A stretch of 64,000 bases of DNA from Octopus bimaculoides (taxonomy: Eukaryota). The translations under genes were made by a program, and so were the position numbers. Below are positions 1 to 12,725 of this stretch, piece by piece (the stretch's first letter is position 1; each line of letters opens with the position of its first letter). The stretch is from NCBI RefSeq assembly GCF_001194135.2, contig NC_068986.1:30801735-30865734 (forward strand), read 5' to 3'. Under the pieces are notes generated by a model that had not been told where the DNA came from, did no database searches, and worked only from the letters and a program-made list of their open reading frames with translations.

Positions 1-342
1 AAAGGCTTTCTCCATGTCAACGAAAGCCAGGTACAGAGGTTTATCCTTAGCTAGGTATTTCTCCTGCAACTGTCTCACTAGAAATAAGGCATCAGTAGTG
101 CTTTTACTTGGCATGAACCCAAACTGCATCTCATCTAAATTGATTCGCTCCCTAATTAGTTGGGCTATGACCCTCTCTGTAACTTTCATAACCTGATCTA
201 ACAGCTTGATGCCTCTGTAATTATTTGTATCTAAAGCGTCCCCTTTACCTTTGTAGCAGTTGACTAAGATGCTGCTACACCAGTCATTGGGTATGACTCC
301 TTCGTGTATCACCTGGTTCGTAATACGGGTGACTAGGCTATT
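1..342 (-). mobile_element. RTE-clade LINE reverse transcriptase fragment, open frame running off the window edge
   Basis: Minus strand translates without stops as NSLVTRITNQVIHEGVIPNDWCSSILVNCYKGKGDALDTNNYRGIKLLDQVMKVTERVIAQLIRERINLDEMQFGFMPSKSTTDALFLVRQLQEKYLAKDKPLYLAFVDMEKAF. It carries the non-LTR RT motifs KGKGD..NYRGI, QFGF and AFVDxEKAF. Confidence 0.92.
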
Positions 343-1362
343 AATAAAGGATATTGGGAGTGTTAAATGTGGAGTTGCTGATTTGATATGTTGATTATGA
401 TTTATGACAAAAAACAGCATATCTATAATATTTTAAGTGTCATAGACATTGTTTGTGTGTATGTGTATATATGTATGTATGTATAGAAAGTTATTCAGTT
501 TCACCATGATTTTAAATAGAACATGTGACTAGTCTTAACATCTATAGCTTATATGGTTCAGGTGAGTCATAGATTGTTGAAGAGACTTAATCAATTTTGC
601 TTGCTTATAGAATTGAGGAAATTACTGAAATGCTCTATCATGATATGTGTTCTCTACACATTAGATATGGTCTCTTTTTTTTTCTTCTTGTTGATTTATC
701 CCAATTTTTCTGTTTGTTTTATTTGCACTTCTTTTGGGCTAAATTTAAACCTTAGCCATAAGCTGTTGTCAATTATCTAACTTAGTAGGTGAGTTAATCA
801 GAGGGTGATTTTTAAATAGATAAATTACTAAATATAATAGAAAGTTGGCTTATTAAAGGCCATGGCTGGATATATATGCTTTTCAGGAATTTTTACTTAT
901 CCTGACAAATTCACGTTTTAAAATAAAAAAAAAAATTAATCTAACGTTTTACAAACATGTTATTGGATGCGAGTTTTTTGTTTGTTTATTGTAATATTGC
1001 TGTTAATTAGATATGATGGCTTTACAATGAATAAATTCTGTCTAATGCAACTGTAATTTAGAATGTAGCTTTTTATTTGGAAAAAGACAAAAGCAAATTT
1101 CTAAATTCAAAGACTTGATAACCCTCCCCACTGTCTTAATAATTTTTTTCTAATTTAGGCACAAGGCCAGTAATATTGAGGGGAGGAGTACTCGTTGATT
1201 ACATCAGTCCCATTCCTTGAGAGATACTTTACTTTATTGATTCTTATGAAAGGCATAGTTTGCCTCAGTGGGATTTGAACTCGGAATATAAAACACTGGA
1301 ACAAATATTCCAAGGCTCTAATGATTCTGCCAATCCACTGCCCTTTGCCAATTATAATCAGA

Positions 1363-2271
1363 TCACGTGTGGAGGCATGCACCGTTGAAGCACATTGCTG
1401 CATTCATCATTTGTTGGTATATTCCGGGGTCCTCCCAAGCAACCCATTGAGCTGAGTCCAACTCAGTCCCCAGCTCCATGGAATGCCTCCTCATCTGCCA
1501 TGACCATGTAACATGTGGTTGACCAGCATGAACTATCAATCCAGCTGGATCTTCAGTGATGAGAACACAGAAAGCAGGGACTAACTCGGAAATCAAGCAA
1601 CAGTCTGAGCTGGCATTCCTGAATCACACAAGTAACAGGATGCACCTCAGTTTCTGAATTGAGCTGTTAGTTGGATACAAAATCTGATCAATGGCAACCC
1701 ATAGTCCTGCAAAGCATCCTGGTACTAAAGGAGTTCAGGCAGCTCCTAAGGGCCCCAGACTGTGTCTCAATTATAGAGTAGGATAGGGAAAACCAGAGAC
1801 CTTAAGACCCAAATTTTTGTCTTCCTGCACAAAACTTGGCAGTGCCAAACAGCCTTATCCAATAAGTCCACAACTGCAGCAGCCAATCCAAGTCTTAAGA
1901 CTTCAGACTCACAGCTAATGCCGCCATGAGTCTGAGATAAGTGAAATGGTCAACAACTTCATCATTCTGTCTCTCAACAGAGACAGACAAGGTGGAGTCC
2001 TTCAAGAAGCCAGCAAAGGACTAGATCTTTGTTGAAACCCAAGAGACTCTAAAGCCAAAAGCGCTCTTTAAGACATCCAGAGACTCTCTACTCTTTTTAC
2101 TTGTTTCAGTCATTTGGACTGTGCCTATGCTGGAGCACCGCCTTTAGTCGAGCAAATCGACTCCGAGACTTATTCTTTGTAAGCCTAATACTTATTCTAT
2201 CGGTCTCTTTTGCCGAACTGCTAAGTTACAGGGGACATAAACACACCAGCATCAGTTGTCAAGCAATGCTA

Positions 2272-2350
<79 letters not shown>

Positions 2351-2820
2351 ATGGGCTTCTTTCAGTTTCCGTCTACCAAATCCACTCACAAGGCTTTAGT
2401 CGGCCCGAGGCTATAGTAAAAGACACTTGCCCAAGATGCCACGCAGTGGCACTAAACCCGGAACCATGTGGTTGAGAAGCAAGCTACTTACCACACAGCC
2501 ACTCCTGCGCCTCAGCAAGAATAACTGCATCATCAGCAAAATCTAGGTCTGTAATCCTAATTTCACCAATGAGTGCACCACAACTCCATCAAGCAACCAT
2601 CTGGCCAAGTTACCTGAGCAGGCATTGAACAGAGTAGGAGCCAAGATACAACCATGACAGACTAGAGATCTAACTGGGATAAAAGTTGGATGTTGAGCTC
2701 TCAGTCCTAAGTGCACAGATTATTCCAGTGTACAAGGCTATCATCAGCCCAATCAGTTGAAGACGTATACTTTGTGGCTCCAAGAATCTGTCAAAGCACA
2801 TCACTATCTACCCACTCAAA
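1363..2820 (-). mobile_element. Old decayed RTE-clade LINE (RT domain to C-terminus), split by a SINE at 2087-2512
   Basis: Minus-strand remnants with stops and frameshifts: FEWVDSDVL*QIL (~2820), HGCILAPTLFNAC (~2650), IGEIRITDLDFADDAVILA (~2560-2515). After the SINE it resumes with ESLDVL and ends NAAMCFNGACLHT* (ORF 1363-1596). Confidence 0.8.
2087..2512 (-). mobile_element. Full-length tRNA-derived SINE, family A (CORE-like body, internal (TG)n, tail gactgaaacaagtaaaaagagt)
   Basis: Minus strand reads aggcgcaggagtggctgtgtggtaagtagc...ggttccgggtttagtgccactgcgtggcatcttgggcaagtgtctt, i.e. A/B-box-like head plus CORE-like block. Near-identical to 41118-41592. Possibly the octopus OR2 family (recalled, not verified). 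Confidence 0.85.
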
Positions 2821-3281
2821 TGCTTAGGCCCAATTATGATAATGGTTTAAAATTTTGATTCAAGGTCAGAAATTTTAGAGGAAGGGTGAGTCAATTATAT
2901 TGGTTCCCCAGTGTGCAACTGGTACTCATTTTATTGACTCCTAAAAGGGACAAAAGTCTGAGCTGGAAGAAATGTTCCTAGGAATTTTTTCAGAAACACA
3001 CCATAAATGTTTGCCAAAATGTTTTTATGTGGTAAATAACGTTTTTAAGATCATAACATCAAGCACTCAATTTTCACAAAAAAAAAAAAAAAAAAAGAAA
3101 ATAGGAAAAAGAGAAGAAAAAGAAAACCATCACTAAGAACAATGACTCTACTTAAGTTTGTTCCTTGTGTTAAGGGATCACTTTGAGTGATAGAAATATG
3201 ATAGTGAAAAAGAAAATAATTTTTCTCATATGCCTTCTCTTATGTTTTCTTCTAATTAATTTTGAGCTTATCAAAAATAAC

Positions 3282-3316
<35 letters not shown>

Positions 3317-4929
3317 TTGGGAGAATTTTTCTTTTTCATTCTGTAAGTTTTCATNNNNNNNNNNNNNNNNNNNNNNNNNNNNNNNNNNNNNNNNNNNNNN
3401 NNNNNNNNNNNNNNNNNNNNNNNNNNNNNNNNNNNNNNNNNNNNNNNNNNNNNNNNNNNNNNNNNNNNNNNNNNNNNNNNNNNNNNNNNNNNNNNNNNNN
3501 NNNNNNNNNNNNNNNNNNNNNNNNNNNNNNNNNNNNNNNNNNNNNNNNNNNNNNNNNNNNNNNNNNNNNNNNNNNNNNNNNNNNNNNNNNNNNNNNNNNN
3601 NNNNNNNNNNNNNNNNNNNNNNNNNNNNNNNNNNNNNNNNNNNNNNNNNNNNNNNNNNNNNNNNNNNNNNNNNNNNNNNNNNNNNNNNNNNNNNNNNNNN
3701 NNNNNNNNNNNNNNNNNNNNNNNNNNNNNNNNNNNNNNNNNNNNNNNNNNNNNNNNNNNNTAAGCGTAAGTTTTGGCACCTAATTCACTTAACCACAATT
3801 CCTTTTTTGGTAATGTACCTAAAATAATAAATAGTTTCTCAAGTTGGTGAGCTAATGCTATTTTCTTAAATCATAGAATTTAGTTATATTGAGAATTGAA
3901 CAAGAAACTTTACTTTACTGATTGCATATGTTGAAAATTCCAGTATTTGAGAGGGCAGATAGCAATTTAATATTTTTCTTGCCTCACAATTCTTGTTATT
4001 TTTGAGTTCTGTCTAAGTGATAGTGTTTGAATATATTTATTTAGGTCAATGACTTCCAGCAGTTTCGCTCCTATTTTATAGTCCATAGATAAAGCCCGTC
4101 CTCATGATTATTTTCAATAAAACACTTTAAACTTTGAAACTATGCTATTATTATTGCTGATTACTATGTCATTCTAATAGATATCTATCATGTTAGTTAG
4201 CAATGAGCTAATACTTAATATGTAACAGAGTTTTTATACATTAACAGTAGCATCATTCTCTTTGCTATTCATTCTTTTACCCAGTTCTTTCTTCTCTTTC
4301 ATACTGTTTTCTCAGAATTCTAATTACCTCTTGGAAGAAATATCTGTTTTTCTTTCTATCTCTACATACGTGAATGTGCACATGTGCAAAAATGTTAAAT
4401 GCTTGTTTAAAGTTGTTAAAAAGCATTGGTTGTATTTGTATTATTATTTTAGAATGGAAATTAACTGCATAACAAACATTTGAAAAATAAATCATATGTG
4501 GTGATGTGTTAATTTAACTTAATACTATGAATGTTGAAACGAAGCATTTAATTGACATACTTTTAATTTATGATACAGGTCATTGCCTAATTGGTTCACA
4601 TATGGTGGCATTATTTTGATGAATGAATTTATCTCTTTTCTCCTCTATCTTGTTCTATTAATCATGTTGTCTTGTCTTCTCTGGTTTAGGATCTGATAAG
4701 CTTCTTTCCCTTCAAATCTTTAATCCGGTGACCATTCTTATGTACTAATCTATTTGCACTTGCCATGTATTCCTTTCTTTAATATCAAAATATACAGAAT
4801 TTTCATTAGTCTTGTGCAGGTCTTTCATAAACTGGGGAATAAATCTTTTGTATTGTGTTTTTACAGTTGTTGTTTTACTATTATCAAAGGATTCTCAAAA
4901 ACTTTAAAATTCATTTCAATATTGCACAT

Positions 4930-5600
4930 TGCACTGACTAACTTGTTGGGTTTCAGGTAATCAGGAGGATGGAATAATGTAGTTGGTGATCAGTTTGAAC
5001 ATCTGTTGGTTAACATTAGTAGGGAAAATGTAGATGGAAAGGAACTCTGAGTGTTTTTGTTGTAGTAGTGTTCAGAATAATAGAGAAGCATCAGCACATC
5101 TGTGAGCCAAAAGTCATAGCATTTGGTGAATGAGTCTTTTACTAATCAGTAAAATAGTTTTTTTTTTTCATATGGCACCCAAGTTATGTGTAGAAACAGT
5201 ATACTATTGATCACTCTTGAGCTTTGTAAAAGATTGATAATTTATTGGGAGTGAAGTTTTTTCTGAATTAGGGGAGGGAGCCTGGATTTTGAGATGCAGT
5301 TTTGGCATTGTTATACATGTAAGGTTGCCATAAAAGATTTTGCAGTGATATTGAGAGCTTTAAGTGTGTTGGTTGAGTCCAGGGAAGGTATGGAATAAGA
5401 CTTTTTTTCTACATGTAATGACTTGGTGATTTTAAAGGAGATAATGTCCTCATTAGAAGATATTTATAAAGTCTCTGTTCATGAAGACATTGAAAATCAG
5501 GAACAAGGTGTCTAGACTGCATGTGGGTAATGTCTGTATGCAGATGGAGAAGTGAAGGATGGTATCATTTCTATATAAATTTGCAAGTGGTTAAGAGTGT
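4930..5600 (-). mobile_element. Highly decayed CR1/L2-group LINE, C-terminal half of RT
   Basis: Minus-strand remnants LYRNDTILHFS (~LYADDxTLH), FYKAQE*SIVYCFYT*LG (~LYKAQIRPxxEYCSHIWG) and HRCADASLLF (~HRRxVASLxLFY) occur in the expected order. Confidence 0.55.
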
Positions 5601-5848
5601 AGTAAGTTGTTACTAAGGTAAATTTTGGGGTTGTCTAGAGATAATAGAATAGTGATCAGAGAGAGTCAAGCAAGCACATTCTGCAAAATTCATTGGTCTT
5701 AAATTTAAGTACAATGAAAATTAGATATCAATATCATTTAGGGTTGAATTAAAATTTCACTCACATTCAATAAATGGGTATCATATGAAGTTGTAATCCT
5801 AATTCTTTTACATTAGCCAAATGGCAGATTTATAGGAGAGAGGTATTT

Positions 5849-6131
5849 ATCATCATCATCATCATCGTTTAACGTCCGCTGTCCATGCTAGCATGGGTTG
5901 GATGATTTGACTGAGGACTGGCAAGCCAGAAGGCTGCACCAGGCTCCAATCTGATCTGGCAGAGTTTCTACAGCTGGATGCCCTTCCTAATGTCAACCAC
6001 TCTGAGAGTGTAGCGGGTGCTTTTACGTGCCACCGGCACAAGGGCCAGTCACACGGTACTGGCAACGGCCACGCTCAAAAAAGGTGTTTTTTACGTGTCA
6101 CCTGCACGGGAGCCAGTCCAGCGGCACTGGC
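5849..6131 (-). mobile_element. RTE LINE 3' UTR fragment with (GAT)n tail
   Basis: Reverse complement of caacccatgctagcatggacagcggacgttaaacgatgatgatg, the same 3' end that follows RT coding sequence at 22338-23255 and 34549-35151. Confidence 0.85.
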
Positions 6132-7635
6132 TTATATTCAATTAAATTGGTTACTAGTAATTAATTATTTTGATTTTGGATAGATGGAAGATAAACGTGT
6201 AAGATGTGGCATTAACATAAATGACTGTAACTAAACACTGTAAGTTATTTTATCTGGGGTCTTACTAAATTTGTCATTCATTCCTCTAATATTTCTTGTA
6301 TTAGTGCAAGGAATATATTTTCAGAAAGTGGTGTAGTTGTTTGAAATGATCCCAGCAGTCATCTTCTGTGTATTTTATTGAACCTTGGATAACGAAAAGC
6401 AAAGTTGTCTCTGGCAAAATTTGAACTTGTTATATAAAGTGATATGCAATACAAGGTGTTATTTCCAAAAATTTATTCCTCCTACCATCTACTGTCTCAC
6501 TTTAAGCTTTCCAAATGTTTGTGCTTTGAAACCATGGATTTGATATGCTACTTTCTTAGTTTCACTGATCTTCTATATAGCACTACTATTTACAATTGTG
6601 TTTTTAAGGAATGTCTCAAGACTTCAGCTTTTCAACATTAGCCTATCTTAGAACATTGAAACTAATCCTTCGAATTGCGTAAATCCGTAGCATCAGAGCT
6701 CTGTTCAGGTTTTATGTACTATTAAGTGAATGATAGATAAATTGCTATGGAACAAAGTACTAGTTTGTTGCAGAATAGACTTTATCTACTTATTTCTCTT
6801 AGCTATTTGAACTGTAGTCATGAAAAAAAAAATGCAATCAGCTATCTAGAACTTGACAACATTCTTGCTTGTGTAAATAGATATGTAAGGCAGATTTACA
6901 GACATTTGTTTTGTAGTAAAATAAAAATTTTAGCCTAACTGTGAAAAGTTGGTAATTAACATTTTCATATGAAGTTGCTGCTCATTTGTCAGTACTCTTA
7001 GTATTTTAGCCATATCTAACTATTGCACTTCTAATTGGTAAAATGTAAAAAAAAAAAAAATACTGCCTTGAATTCCAGAACTCATAGGACTGGTTTCCTA
7101 GTTTACATGGTTTATAAATGACTAAGATCATAACATTCCTTCTGAATAGGATGCCACTCCTTTGTAGGGTTACTCATTTGCTGCTGGGTGATCTGGGAAA
7201 TGTGAAATGAAGTGTGTTGCTTAAAACAGGCCACCTAATTTGGGAAATGAAACCATCTTGATCTTGTGACCACGAGTGCAAAGCCCTCTTAAGTCATGCA
7301 CTGTCAATTGATAAAATGATAGACTTAAGAACTTAAGTTTTGTAAAAGCTTTAAACATAACATTGGTGTCAATGATTTAGATATATGGCATTGGGTGGTT
7401 GCACGGAAAACAAGGACATTGTTTACTGAGTTTTGAAAACATTTTAATTTTTATTTTTTGAACTTGAATTATACATCCTTGTTTCCATTGTTACCTTTAA
7501 GTGAATACTTTTACTTTGTCTGAATATGTCATGTGGTGGTGGTGTGTGTGTATATTTGTGTGTATGTGTGTTTTGACAAGTGGTTTTGCTGGAAATATGA
7601 CTTTAGATATTTTAATTTTTGTATGTAGGCATAAT

Positions 7636-7927
7636 AGGTGCAGCTGTGGTTGTGTGGCTAAGAAGTTTGCTTGCTTTCCACATGGTTTTGGATTTAGTTG
7701 CACTGTGTCTTCTACTATAGCATCTGGCTGACCAAAACCTTATGAATAGATTTGGTAGATGGAAACTAAGAGAAGCTTGTCATATATATATATGTCTGTG
7801 TGTCCTTGTCTTAACATTACTGGATAGTTGTAATTGAAAAAGAGCATACAGCTGTGGAAAATTTACCTCAGCATTTTCTGTGTGACCCACATGAGCATGG
7901 AAAAGTGGAGATTATAGTGATAATGAC
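7636..7927 (+). mobile_element. Degenerate family A SINE head with RTE-like tail
   Basis: ggtgcagctgtggttgtgtggctaagaagtttgc...gatttggtagatggaaactaagagaagc, ending catggaaaagtggagattatagtgataatgac. Confidence 0.6.
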
Positions 7928-10209
7928 ATTTTTTCTTCTAGTAAATGGATAACATTGTTAGAAATATAATAGTAAAACACTTGCTTATATATCATAGCTC
8001 AATTTGTGTGGAAATCTATTTAATAATATCATTGCTCAAATTAGTATATTCAATGGTCCTTGATTGTTGATGCAGCGAATTCTAACTAAATGGCATTCTC
8101 CAAGTATTGGAGCTTTGCACGACCACAATAGCTGTCTACAGCTAGAAGTAGATGAATAATGACTGCACTTTTTCTTGAAGAAAACCACTTCTCATACTTA
8201 CTTCCTCTTCCATAAATATTATGCTTTTGCTACTAGTGCTTGTAGCGACTGCTGGAATGTTGTTTGTTATTAACAGAGTTGTGAAAGAGACTAAGCAGTC
8301 CTTACAACTGAATTCTTTGAAGAATATATTTCTTGGTAGCTTGAATTGTGGCATAAAACATCTTAGACTTATATGGTAATTCTCCTTGTCACTGGTTTGT
8401 TCTGTCCGTTTGAAGCCTTAGGCGAATAGATCTTTTTTTTCTTTTTGTTTCTTTTTTCTTAATATCTCCTTAAAAAAAAGACTGGTTCTTATACAGCTTT
8501 AAATAGATTTTTCTTTAACTTCTGACAAGTTTTCTGTAAAATACATGGGCCAATTAAAACAGCTTATGTCAAATATAAGATTAAACTCTTTCTAAATATT
8601 TTTTATTTATTCACTAATTCACTTCAGAATTTTTATCAGTCTAAAAAAAAAAAAAAAAAAAAAAAAAAATTCAAGTTTATTATTTGTTTTATTTTCTTTC
8701 TTGGCATGAATTGTATGAAATATCTCATTAGTTTCTAGTTTGTAAATTTCTATCCCACTTGAAGCACTCTGTTTGTTTTGGTGAAGAAATCAATGGAATT
8801 TATTTACAATGGACCAGTATCCTATTTTGGGATGTAGTAGCTGTTTAATATTATTGAAATGACCCTGTTTTATCTTATAAGTCATGCTTGGCGAAGATTC
8901 ACTAAAAAAAATTGTAATCAAATTTCAAATATTTTATTTTCTTTTCTTAAACTGTCTCTTTAATAGCCAATACCTTTATTATTAACTTTTTATTTTCTGA
9001 GACTAACTGTAAAGTTTGGATTTCTTCACACTTATAATTTAGGATTTTGCAGAAAAGAATAACTGTTCTTTCCTTCATAGTTGTATAGTTAAGAGGTTTG
9101 TTTTGAAATTGTATGGTTCTTGGTTTAATTCCCCTGTGCGGGACCTTGGACAAGTATCTTCAATCATAGTGTAATGTGTTGTTTTACTCTGAAGTCTTGA
9201 AAAGGCCCTCTTTTAAATTATTAACCTTTTCATTATCATATTTCTTTTGAAATATATTGTCTTCATTTCAATTAATTTTGAAAATAATGAAAAAGTTGTA
9301 AAATAACTTTGTCATTATTAAACTGATGTTTGAAACACAAATTAACATGAGATTTTGATAGCAGGTTTTAATTTAGATCACTTTAAAACAAGAACTTGTT
9401 TCATGCAACTAGTGGCTGTCTCATGTGGGTTGGTATCAAAAGTGTTAAAGCATAAATTGATTCTGTTTACTCTTGGTAATTGCTGGTTGTTTTGTATACG
9501 GTATACATTTCCTACTTTATCAGTCATTCTATCTACATTCTGAGAATTTAAAATATTGCATATTTTCCAAATTGATTTTTCTATTAGAAATTGAAATTGG
9601 AAAATCAGAAATTTTGAAGACTCAGATTTTATATTTCCTTTCATTACATTACAAAGATATGAGAATTATCACTGTTCAATCAGAAGGTTGATGAATTTAA
9701 TTCAAAATCTATATTTTCTATCAACATAAAGACATGGTATATATACATAGTGAATATAGAACTAACTAGGAGGGACTAATGCAGGAGTCTCTATACAGTT
9801 GCTTAAGCTACTGGAAACGGTAATTAAATCTTCCTCAAATTAAACATAATACCCTCTTAAATAAAAGATGCTTTGGACAGAATAGTCTCTGGTGTATAAA
9901 AATACAGGATGGTCATACCTGAAAGTTTTTTCATCTCGTTCACTCAGGGCTGAGTTACGGCTATGCAACAACAAACGGAGGACATATTTAAATCTTATTA
10001 AGGCTGTGACAATGCACAAGTATTAGAATATATAAAATAAGTCACTGTGCTGTGATTAAAGGTTTGTCTTGGTGTTTTGTTTGCAAAGTCTCTTTCTTTT
10101 TCTTGGAACTTGAAGTTAAATTAGTTTATTAATTGTCTTTTGAAGATACAGACCATCACTGGTTCCTTCAAATTCTAGTCTTGTTTTCAAAAAGTTATTG
10201 TACATTCGT

Positions 10210-10553
10210 GTAGGTGCAGAATCAGAAGTTTGCTTTTCATCCACATGGTTCTGGGTTCGGTTCCACTGCATGGCATCTTGGGCAGGTGTCTTCTATTATA
10301 GCCCCAGGCCAACCAAAACCTTGCGAGTGGATTTGGTAGATGTAAATTGAAATAAGCCTGTTGTGTGTGTGCATGTGCACGTACGCACTCACTGCTTGGC
10401 AACTGATGTTGGTTTGTTTAGATACCTATAACTTAGCAGTTTCACAAAAGAGTCCAATAAAAGAAGTACAGGAGCTGATCTGTTTGACTAAAATACTTCA
10501 GGGCAGTGCCCTAGCATGGCCGTAGCCCAGAGATTGAAACAAGTAACAGAGAG
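10210..10553 (+). mobile_element. Family A SINE (degenerate)
   Basis: ccacatggttctgggttcggttccactgcatggcatcttgggcaggtgtcttc...gcatggccgtagcccagagattgaaacaagtaacagag. Confidence 0.75.
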
Positions 10554-11261
10554 ATAATGGATTTTCTCCAGAAATGTCACATTTTATTACCAGCTTAATA
10601 GGTGAATAGTCAGTATTAGCAAGGGTATCATACTTGTGGACAAATTATAAACTTATATTCACGAATTGTTTATCTCTTTTTTTCAAATTTGCAATGAAAT
10701 AAATAACACTCCAAAAATAAACTAAACTATAATAAAAACCCATGGAATTTGACAGTAACTACCAGTCTCTTGGTTTTGTTTACCATACAGATGGCAAGTG
10801 TTCTATTTCTCAGCTTTTGGGCTTTGTCCCTCTCCCTCTTTCTCTGTGTACACACGCACACATACATACATATGTGTGTGTATATATATCATATACTATA
10901 CTTTGTTCTTGACATTTTAGATTTAATAATGCCTATTTATCTGTTTCTAGGTTTTTATTTCTTTATTCATTCTATAGTTTCTTTTGGCTTCTCTGTCTTT
11001 GCAACAAATAAGTCAGCTAACCTCCAGTTTATTTTTAGCTCATTGCTCACAGCTGTTCAAAATATTTGATCAAAATGGCTGAGAGCGAGTTGTTAACTTG
11101 ATATCACTGTTGTTGCACAAAAACGAGTATAGATAAGGAAATTATTATTATCATTATTGAATGTAAACATTATTGGTAGTGGTCCCTGTCCTTGCCAGCT
11201 CTTGTTAAACTGTCCAACCCAGGCCAACATCGAAAACTAACATTAAATGATGATAATGATT

Positions 11262-11630
11262 GAAGGCAGTGAGCTAGCTGAATTGTGAACACGTCCGACA
11301 AAATGCCTAGCCATAATTCTTGTGGCTCTTTCTGTTGTAAGTTTGTATTCCACCAAGGCCATCTTTGCCTTTTATCCTTTCAGGACCAACAAAATAAGTA
11401 CTAATTGAGCATTGGAGTCGATGTAATCAGCTAATCCTCTTTCCCCGAAAATCACTGGCTTTGTGCCAAAATTTGAAATTACTATATCTTTATTCTGAAG
11501 TCAACTTTGCCTTTCATCTTTTGGGGGTGGGTGCCAATAAAATAAGTACCAGTCTAGCACTGGGGTCAATGTAATTGACTATCCGCCTTCCACCTCAAAT
11601 TTCCGGCTTTGTGCTTATAGTAGGAAGAAT
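11262..11630 (+). mobile_element. Two adjacent degenerate family B SINE pieces
   Basis: aaggcagtgagctagctgaa head; two blocks resembling gcctttcatcctttcggggtcgataaaataagtacc (~11387 and ~11508). Confidence 0.6.
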
Positions 11631-11831
11631 TATTGTGTGAAATGTAAATCATAAAATCCCAAACGTTAAATTTGCTATATTGATTAAAAAAATTTTTCTT
11701 TAAAATTTCACACACAATATTCCATTGTTTTTGCATGAATATGACACACGGATTACTATTTTGATCTATTACTGTTTTTGTTGAACATAACAGATACACA
11801 CATACATATATTTCTGCAAATAAATTAATAA

Positions 11832-11867
<36 letters not shown>

Positions 11868-12677
11868 GCGCGAAAAGTTAGATGATTCTGCAAATCTCAA
11901 CCAGTTTAAGACTTACCAAATGTATATTATCCTCATCATTTTCTCATTACCATAATAACTTAGAAATTTTATAAAACAGCACCAGGAGTTGATTTTTTAT
12001 TGATTTATTTTTTATTTATTTATTTTTTTTGCCTAAGTTGTTTAATTTTTCATTATGTATCCTCATTTAAATGCATTTAAAAATTTTTTATATTTAAGGC
12101 TTCTTTTAGATTAAGATGTTAACGTGATGGATCTGATATGATGGCAAATCATGTTCCCCATTGGAATGGTTTTCACACTTGTCACTAATACCCTATTAAG
12201 AAAGGAAATCTAGGGACATTATAATTACACTACCTTTACTTCTGTTAATGCCTAGTTTCACATAAAATCTGCAACTTAAATTACTTAAAATTTTAGTCGT
12301 AAATTTTTTATCAACTCCATTTAAATGTTGGAGTAGTTTGTAAGTATTAAGTTTTCACTCATTCATTAATTTATAACTTTTAAAATTCGGTGTTGTTGTT
12401 GTTAGGAACAGTAGCACTACTAAAGATGAGATCTTTTGGTTTTGTTGGCAAATAAAAATCTGTCATCTTTATCTTATACTTGTTTTAGTCAATGGACTGT
12501 GGCCATGCTGGGACAATGCCTTGCAAGGCTTTAGCCAAACAAATTAATTCTTTTACTTTATTTTTATAAAGCTTGGTGCTTGTTCTATTGGTCTCTTTTG
12601 CTGAACTGCTAACTGCTAGGTTAGTGGGGTACAATGAAAACAACACTGGTTGCAGGGCACGCACGCACGGACGCAAG

Positions 12678-12725
<48 letters not shown>

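Noticed and set aside
520-561. Candidate 42-nt exon with a strong cag|gtgagt donor
   Set aside because: Weak acceptor, peptide HVTSLNIYSLYGS not recognisable, and the phase does not fit LASP exon 2.
2101-2475. ORFs with HT/CV/YI/SL dipeptide runs (also 41239-41607, 44149-44454, 46777-47220 and others)
   Set aside because: Translations of SINEs containing (CA)n, (TA)n or (CT)n microsatellites.
3183-3827. Long ORFs in the track here and at 56321-56944 and 58693-59463
   Set aside because: They are long only because they run through N-gaps (X residues); no coding evidence.
8142-8354. Minus-strand ORF with CKDC and a gaa|gtaagt donor; overlapping 52-aa hydrophobic plus-strand ORF
   Set aside because: No complete zinc-finger motif, poor acceptor and no recognisable homology.
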